In this document: in pieces, positions 58,365 through 64,000 of the stretch
Layout: each line of letters starts with the position of its first letter
Position numbering within the stretch: position 1 is the first letter of the stretch
IMG/VR virus record: IMGVR_UViG_3300024950_000032
Location: 2,715 to 66,714 of that record
Strand: one strand, 5' to 3'
Origin: a virus
Length of the DNA stretch: 64,000 nt
Made by a program: the position numbers and the translations under genes
The notes under the pieces: generated by a model
What the model saw: only the letters and a program-made list of their open reading frames with translations
What the model was told of the DNA's origin: nothing
The model's database searches: none

Positions 58365-58393
58365 AAGCCACCCATGCGGGTGGCTTTTTCTTT
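58365..58393 (+). terminator. intrinsic terminator
   Basis: AAGCCACCC-ATGC-GGGTGGCTT + TTTCTTT. Confidence 0.85.
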
Positions 58394-58456
58394 ATTGGCG
58401 TCTCATTTTCTGGTAATGTCACAACTCAGATCCAACCCACCACCACAAGGACCCAC

Positions 58457-58639
58457 ATGGCTGAGCCGAAGACTCCCGAGACCCCCGCGACCCCTGTCAG
58501 CGTGTCGCTGCGCGCCGTGCACGGGCGCATGCAGCACCCGTACACCCTGACCTGGTTCGAGACCGATTCGACCAAGCCTCACGTCAAGGACAGCTGGGTC
58601 ACTGCCCAGTTGGAAGCCGAGAAGTTGGCCCTGGCGTAA
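58457..58639 (+). CDS. small virion-associated protein
   Basis: 60 aa, AAGGA RBS. Confidence 0.65.
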   Translation: MAEPKTPETPATPVSVSLRAVHGRMQHPYTLTWFETDSTKPHVKDSWVTAQLEAEKLALA

Positions 58640-58654
58640 ACCGGAGCCCAGCTC

Positions 58655-59152
58655 ATGCCCCTGATTGATTTCACGAGCTTCGACGATGTGCGGGCCTCTG
58701 TCGGTGTCTCCTCTGACGAAATTGACGACGCCACGCTCTCGCTGCCGCTCTACGAACTCAAACTGGTGGCTGAGCTGGAGGATGTGTCGTTGACCCTGGT
58801 CGACGACTACATCGCTCTGCAGGACACCGACACCGACAGCTGGACTCCCGTCCAGAAGCGGTTCAACTCGGCTGCCCGACTCTTCGCCACCTACGCGGTG
58901 GCGAAGCAGTTGACGATCTCCCTGCCGCTGTTCAGTCCCAAGGAACAGAGCGACAGCAAGGCGACCCTGGTGCGCTACGCCCAGGACCCCTACAAGGAGA
59001 CGATCAAGGCCATCCAGCTTGAGTACAACGCGTCCAAGACGCGACTTGAGCAGGCATACGCCCTGGTGCAATCCTCGACAGCTACCGCAGCGCCGGTGCG
59101 CACCTTCCTGGTCGCAGCGGCACCAACCTCCGATCCGGTGACGGGCACCTGA
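58655..59152 (+). CDS. head-tail adaptor
   Basis: FTSFDDVRA.VG...; synteny. Confidence 0.7.
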   Translation: MPLIDFTSFDDVRASVGVSSDEIDDATLSLPLYELKLVAELEDVSLTLVDDYIALQDTDTDSWTPVQKRFNSAARLFATYAVAKQLTISLPLFSPKEQSDSKATLVRYAQDPYKETIKAIQLEYNASKTRLEQAYALVQSSTATAAPVRTFLVAAAPTSDPVTGT

Positions 59153-59991
59153 TGAAGCTCTCTGACGTCGCCCGAGCCTTCGACAAGACGCCGTGCCTGG
59201 ATGGCTACAGCGGCTTCCGCCTGTTCATGGGCCAGCTGCAGGTGTACGACGGCAACGTGCGCGACAGCGAGACCGCCGAGCGCCGTGTGCTGTCGGTTGG
59301 CCCGCAGGTGGAGATCCCCGCACGACGCGTGATCGCGGTGGACGGCTTGCGCTATATCGTGGGCCGAGGCACGCCCGATGGCTACCGTGGCGGCGTGATC
59401 CGCGTGGGGTACGTGGTCCAGGTTGCCCCGTCGCTCGCACACGTGCAGACGCTGGCGCAGCTGTGCACCGATACGCCAGGATTGCGGGCGTACTCGAATC
59501 GCGTCTGGATCAAGGAAAAGGCCTATACCGAACATGATTCGGTGTTGACTCAGCAGAACAACTTTTACTTCTCCGAGGGTGAGCCCGTCAGCGAGCAGCA
59601 GATCATCACGTTCGAGGGCATCCACAACGTGGCCCGCTCCGTCAACAACGGTGCGAGCGGCGTCCTCAACGTGTTGTGCGATCAGATGAAGGGACCCGTC
59701 GTCGAGACGGGCACGATCAAGAACGGGGGCTACGATGCAATCTCCGATACCGTGGGTGGCGCTCCATCCGCCGTAAGGGTCGTCCGAGTCCACTGGCAAT
59801 CCCTGTTCGCCTACAAGAACCACCTGGCGCCAAAGTTCGGCCCCGGTGACATCCAGGTCGTGATCGCCGCGTCGGTGCTGACCCCGAAGCCTGGCGCCGA
59901 ACTCAGCTTGAGCGACGGCACATGGAAGCTCCAATCCTGCCTGCTTGAGGGTGACGTCTACCTCTGCCGGGCGGTGCGCAATGGCCCGTGA
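59152..59991 (+). CDS. head closure/neck protein
   Basis: Synteny; 279 aa. Confidence 0.6.
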   Translation: MKLSDVARAFDKTPCLDGYSGFRLFMGQLQVYDGNVRDSETAERRVLSVGPQVEIPARRVIAVDGLRYIVGRGTPDGYRGGVIRVGYVVQVAPSLAHVQTLAQLCTDTPGLRAYSNRVWIKEKAYTEHDSVLTQQNNFYFSEGEPVSEQQIITFEGIHNVARSVNNGASGVLNVLCDQMKGPVVETGTIKNGGYDAISDTVGGAPSAVRVVRVHWQSLFAYKNHLAPKFGPGDIQVVIAASVLTPKPGAELSLSDGTWKLQSCLLEGDVYLCRAVRNGP

Positions 59992-60556
59992 CCTGAAGAT
60001 AGGTGTGACGCTGGGGTGGAAGGGCGATAGCTTCGACCGTGCGTTTGACGCGCTGACGCAGGAGATCACTGAGACCGTTCGAGGTCTCAGCGTGCTGATC
60101 TGGAACAGCATCCTCATCAAGACCCCCCAGGCTCACGGCACGCTGGTAGCGAGCTGGACCTATTCCATCGGCGCCCCCCACTACGACTCGCGTGAGACCG
60201 AGGTGGATCTGGCGAGCGGCATGTACCGCTCGCAGCGCCGCGATGCCAACCTGTTGCGGCGCCGGGGCGACCCCCTGGCCATGGCCATCGCCAACGCAGC
60301 CAGCTCTGGGCGCGATCGCACGTTCGTCTTGGGTGACACCATCTATATCTCGAACGGTGCCGATCACGGTGAGGGCTTCTACGCGGAAGCGGTGGAGTCG
60401 GGGGCCATCAGCCTGCGCGCAGTCAATCTGCCTGGAGCGATGGTGCAGCGCACCTTGGACATGATCGATTCCAGGTTCGGCACCGGCTACAAGTTCACCC
60501 CGGCCAAGGCCAAGGAGCTGAGGTCGCTGACCCTCGGGAGCAGCAATGCAAGTTGA
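59981..60556 (+). CDS. tail completion/neck protein (HK97 gp10-like)
   Basis: Start MARDL; TPQAHG...ASW...IYISN...YAEAVE.G. Confidence 0.7.
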   Translation: MARDLKIGVTLGWKGDSFDRAFDALTQEITETVRGLSVLIWNSILIKTPQAHGTLVASWTYSIGAPHYDSRETEVDLASGMYRSQRRDANLLRRRGDPLAMAIANAASSGRDRTFVLGDTIYISNGADHGEGFYAEAVESGAISLRAVNLPGAMVQRTLDMIDSRFGTGYKFTPAKAKELRSLTLGSSNAS

Positions 60557-60947
60557 AGTGCGTGACGTCGTCGTCACCCTCGTCGATGCGAGCTTCAAGC
60601 TCGCGTTCCCCGACATCGAGATGGTCTACGACAACTCGCCGTTCGACTGGAACAACCCGCCAACTCGGTTTGTTCTGTTCGAGGTCGAGTTCTACGACGG
60701 CCACCAGGTCGGGATGTCGCAGCAGCCCAAGACACGCTACTCCGGGTGGGCCTATGTCACGGTGTACGCCAAGGAGGGCACAGGCTCCAGGGACATGCTT
60801 ACCATGCTCGACTGGTTCAAGGTCCGACTTGGTTACGTCTATGAGGCGCCGGTCCAGTTCAAGACCCCGGTGCCGATGGGCAGCCGCGATGTTCGGGGCT
60901 GGTACACGCAGCAATTGAAGGTGCCGTTTTACACCGACCCCGCTTGA
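60546..60947 (+). CDS. tail terminator
   Basis: VYDN...EGTGS...VPF; precedes tail tube. Confidence 0.7.
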   Translation: MQVEVRDVVVTLVDASFKLAFPDIEMVYDNSPFDWNNPPTRFVLFEVEFYDGHQVGMSQQPKTRYSGWAYVTVYAKEGTGSRDMLTMLDWFKVRLGYVYEAPVQFKTPVPMGSRDVRGWYTQQLKVPFYTDPA

Positions 60948-61015
60948 CACCTGGCCCTCGACGTGCGATACCGCTACAATTCGAGTGACAGAATCTGAAA
61001 TAAGGAATCCACGCC

Positions 61016-62278
61016 ATGCCAACCTTGTCCGCATCCAACCGCAGCCAGCTTGCGATCAAGCTGGAAGGCGTCTACCCGACGAACTGGGGCGTCGCCCAGG
61101 GCGGTAACGGCAAGTTCATGAACATGACGGGTGAGTCCCTGGACTACACCATCAAGAACGAGCAGTCCAAGCAGATCCGTTCCGACCGCCAGGTGCAGGA
61201 CGTGGTGCAGGTGAGCGCGTCGGCGCAGGGCGGCATCAACTTCGAGCACCAGTACAAGGAATACGACGCGCTGCTGGAAGGTGCGGTGCAGGGCGTCTTC
61301 ACGGCCTACGGCACGGGCGGTATCAGTGCGGCCATGACCGGCACGCTGGCGATGACCAGCACGACCGTGCTGACTGCCTCTGTGGCCACGGCCGGCGCCG
61401 ATGGCTTCGCTGCCAACCTGAACAAGGGCCAATGGGTCTCCCTCATCCCGGCAGCGGGTGAGTCGGATGCGGTGAAGGCCTACCTGGCTGGCCGCGCCTT
61501 CCGCCTCAGCGCGACGGTGGGACCCACGAACACCGTGCTGACACTCGACGCCGCGACGCCGATCAACACGGCCATCGTGACCGCGCCCCTGATGATTGGC
61601 TGGAAGGTCTCGTCGTCGCGCATGACCAACGGCACCACGATGAAGTCTTACTCCATCGAGGTCCAACACCAGGACATCAGCCAGTACCGCCAGTACCTGG
61701 GCATGATCCCGTCCAAGATGTCGGTGAAGCTGAGCGTCGGCTCCATCGTGACGGGCTCGTTCGAGTTCATCGGCAAGGCGATGACCCTGGCCCAGGCTAC
61801 CAACCAGGGCGCCCCGACTGCGGCACAGGCTTTCACGCCGGCCAACGCGACACGCGGCATCTTTGACATTTTTGAAAACGGGGCATCCATCTCGGCCACG
61901 ACTTACATCAAGTCGGGCGAGTTCAACCTCGACAACACCCTGCGCGCACAGGACGCTGTGGGCGTGTTCGGCTCGGCCGGTGTGGGTGTTGGCACCTTCA
62001 AGGCAGGCGGCAAGTTGGAGGTGTATTTCGCCGACGCCGTTATGTACCAGAAGCTCATCAGCGGTGCTGCCAGCTCGCTGACCATCCCCATCCTGGACGT
62101 GGCCGGCAATGGCTACATCTACGTGTTCCCGCGCATCAAGTACACCGCCGCCAAGGTTGCGGTGGGCGGCTTGGACCAGGACAACATGCTGTCGATGGAC
62201 TGGGAAGCCCTGCTGGACATCGACCCCCTTTCGCCGACCTACGGCTTCACCGTCGCCGTCTACCGCGTCGGCGTCTAA
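61016..62278 (+). CDS. major tail tube protein
   Basis: SNRSQL...TGESL...SKQIRSDRQ...GGINFE. Confidence 0.85.
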   Translation: MPTLSASNRSQLAIKLEGVYPTNWGVAQGGNGKFMNMTGESLDYTIKNEQSKQIRSDRQVQDVVQVSASAQGGINFEHQYKEYDALLEGAVQGVFTAYGTGGISAAMTGTLAMTSTTVLTASVATAGADGFAANLNKGQWVSLIPAAGESDAVKAYLAGRAFRLSATVGPTNTVLTLDAATPINTAIVTAPLMIGWKVSSSRMTNGTTMKSYSIEVQHQDISQYRQYLGMIPSKMSVKLSVGSIVTGSFEFIGKAMTLAQATNQGAPTAAQAFTPANATRGIFDIFENGASISATTYIKSGEFNLDNTLRAQDAVGVFGSAGVGVGTFKAGGKLEVYFADAVMYQKLISGAASSLTIPILDVAGNGYIYVFPRIKYTAAKVAVGGLDQDNMLSMDWEALLDIDPLSPTYGFTVAVYRVGV

Positions 62279-62337
62279 CGCTAGGGCAGGGGCCACGGCC
62301 CCTACCCAGTGATTTCCACCACCACTGAGAGGTTTCC

Positions 62338-62733
62338 ATGTTTGACGTCTTTACCCACTTCGCCACCGATGAAGTGAAGGAAAACCAAGGTGCCGACTTC
62401 CCGCTTGGCGATGCCACGCTGGTGATCGCACGCTCGGGCAACCGCGCCTATGCCAAGGCCCTGACCCAGGCTATCGAAGCCAACCGTGAAGTGCTTGACG
62501 CCGGTGGTGATGCCGCCGACAAGATCAGCGACAAGATCATGATCGACGTGCTGACCTCTTCTGTCCTGCTGGGCTGGAAGAACCTGGGCTTCAAGGGCGC
62601 CGAGCTGCCCTACACGCCCGAGAACGCCGCGATGCTGCTGGGCGTGCGCGACTTCCGCAACAAGGTGAAGCAGTTGTCTGAGAACGCCGACGCCTACCGT
62701 GCCAAGTTGGAGGCCGAACAGGGAAAAGCCTGA
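62338..62733 (+). CDS. tail assembly chaperone (gpG-like)
   Basis: IARSGN..Y...LLGWKN...YTPENA; ends at slippery G GGA AAA. Confidence 0.85.
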   Translation: MFDVFTHFATDEVKENQGADFPLGDATLVIARSGNRAYAKALTQAIEANREVLDAGGDAADKISDKIMIDVLTSSVLLGWKNLGFKGAELPYTPENAAMLLGVRDFRNKVKQLSENADAYRAKLEAEQGKA

Positions 62734-63065
62734 CGGCCTACCACACGTGGCAGCTCCGCTGGGGTGGGAAAGAGAACGCAAACCTCTTCAAGTTGATCCG
62801 TGAGGACACGGGCCAACCCCACCCAGCAGAGCTGGACAAACCGGCGCTCAGGAGCGACTGCATACGTTACTACGATGCTTTCCGCCACCTGAGCGCTTGT
62901 CGTTTGTGGTCACAGGTAGGCCCGTCATCCATACAGATCAGCGAGATCGAGTCCTACCTGAGAATGGTCGGAATTGAAGAATGTGACACCAAGATGAAGT
63001 ACCTCAGGCTTGTCCAACAGCTCGATGAGATTCATCTGACCCATATAGCCAGCAAGGCAAAGTAA
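62721..63065 (+). CDS. -1 frameshift extension of chaperone (gpGT-like)
   Basis: GGGAAAA at 62721-62727; -1 frame open through SLTAYHTWQLRWG into ORF 62793-63065. Confidence 0.8.
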   Translation, partial: GKSLTAYHTWQLRWGGKENANLFKLIREDTGQPHPAELDKPALRSDCIRYYDAFRHLSACRLWSQVGPSSIQISEIESYLRMVGIEECDTKMKYLRLVQQLDEIHLTHIASKAK

Positions 63066-63067
63066 AC

Positions 63068-64000
63068 ATGACTGCGCAACTCAGTGTTGGACTTGATACA
63101 GCCCCGGCCCTAGCCAGCCTGGTGGAGCTGCGTGAGCAACTCCAGAAGCATCTTAAGGGCGGCGTGATTGACGTCACTGTCAACACAGCCGAGCTTGAGA
63201 AGACGGTATCGACCAACCTGAGTAAGCGACCCTACCGCATCACGGTCGAGGCCGCGAGCATGCGCAAGGAGGCGCAGGACCTCATCAGTGCCGAGGTATA
63301 CCGTGCCTCCCGTGCTGGCTTTGAGCGCGCTGCCAAAGAGGCATTTGGGGCTGGTAACTACCAACTGAACTGGAACAGCTCGCTGTTCAAGGAGCAGCTG
63401 GCCAACGACATCCGCTCGGTGATGATGGGCAACTACTCGATGCGCTTCAGTGCATCGGGCTCGGTGTCTGGTGGTATGGGTGGCGCCGGTGGTGAGCCCA
63501 TATCCGCCCAAGGCCTCACTCAGCTGACAGGTGCCCTGGAAGCGATGCTGCGTCCCGCAGTGGACCAGCTGTCGAAGGCAGCTGCGGCCATGACGGTGAA
63601 CCTGAGCAAGCTCACGCCGAAGGCTGCGCTGATTGCTGACGAGCCAGTGATGCGCGCTGGCGCACGCGCCCAGCTGGCCGGACCAGGTCGTCAGGATCTG
63701 CTGCGCCTGCGCGACCGTGACGACTATGCCGAGCGCGTGGCGCAGCTGCGCCAGGCCCGCCAGGCGCAGTCTGGCAATGTGGGCTACCTGGGGGGGCTGA
63801 CCGAGGCAGAGCGTGCTCAGCTCGTGTCTGAGGCCCGCTCGACGTTCGCCGCCCAACTGGAGGCTGAACGTGAGCAACAGCTTGCAGCAGCGCTGAAGGC
63901 TCGCCAGGCCCGCCAGGCGCAGTCTGGCAATGTGGGCTACCTGGGGGGGCTGACCGAGGCAGAGCGTGCTCAGCTCGTGTCTGAGGCCCGCTCGACGTTC
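63068..64000 (+). CDS. tape measure protein, N-terminal part (truncated by window)
   Basis: MTAQLSVGLDTAPAL..., follows chaperones, Ala/Arg/Gln-rich helical repeats. Confidence 0.85.
   Translation, partial: MTAQLSVGLDTAPALASLVELREQLQKHLKGGVIDVTVNTAELEKTVSTNLSKRPYRITVEAASMRKEAQDLISAEVYRASRAGFERAAKEAFGAGNYQLNWNSSLFKEQLANDIRSVMMGNYSMRFSASGSVSGGMGGAGGEPISAQGLTQLTGALEAMLRPAVDQLSKAAAAMTVNLSKLTPKAALIADEPVMRAGARAQLAGPGRQDLLRLRDRDDYAERVAQLRQARQAQSGNVGYLGGLTEAERAQLVSEARSTFAAQLEAEREQQLAAALKARQARQAQSGNVGYLGGLTEAERAQLVSEARSTF
63749..64000 (+). repeat. 153-bp-period tandem repeat in tape measure gene
   Basis: 63749-63847 identical to 63902-64000. Confidence 0.9.

Noticed and set aside
1-64000. Prophage/integration module, DGR, reverse transcriptase or transposase
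   Set aside because: No integrase, RT, transposase, att-like host flanks or template/variable repeat pair seen in this window

Overview
GC-rich tailed dsDNA bacteriophage genome segment (siphovirus-type morphogenesis genes; host probably a GC-rich proteobacterium; no integrase, lysis genes or canonical tRNAs in the window). Two divergently transcribed arms. The left arm (minus strand, ~44.0 kb down to 1) runs from an Ala-rich first gene through ~45 small early/accessory genes (RHH and NrdR-like regulators, M28-like hydrolase, RtcB, KTSC, MazG-like NTP-PPase, Nmad5-like) into a replication module (SNF2-like helicase, AEP primase-helicase, SSB-like, ExoX-like, dATP/dGTP diphosphohydrolase, TraR, Pol I-type polymerase, resolvase, ligase, Mre11/Rad50 pair). 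The right arm (plus strand, from 44.6 kb) carries regulators, a GpA-like terminase, portal, an inserted 5.6 kb fibre-like block, S49 protease/scaffold, decoration, capsid, neck, tail tube, a -1 frameshifted chaperone and the start of the tape measure. The most notable unexplained signals are non-coding: a ~22-copy transcription-polarised 15-bp motif often overlapping stop codons and -35 boxes; an oriC-like DnaA-box/IHF/AT-rich locus; a 12-copy WGGGC-N3-GCCCW palindrome cluster in a GATC-poor region near the probable genome end; and a promoter- and terminator-bounded structured element between terminase and portal. The polymerase also has a Tyr-to-Asn change in motif B. Family assignments come from motif recognition only; no searches were run.
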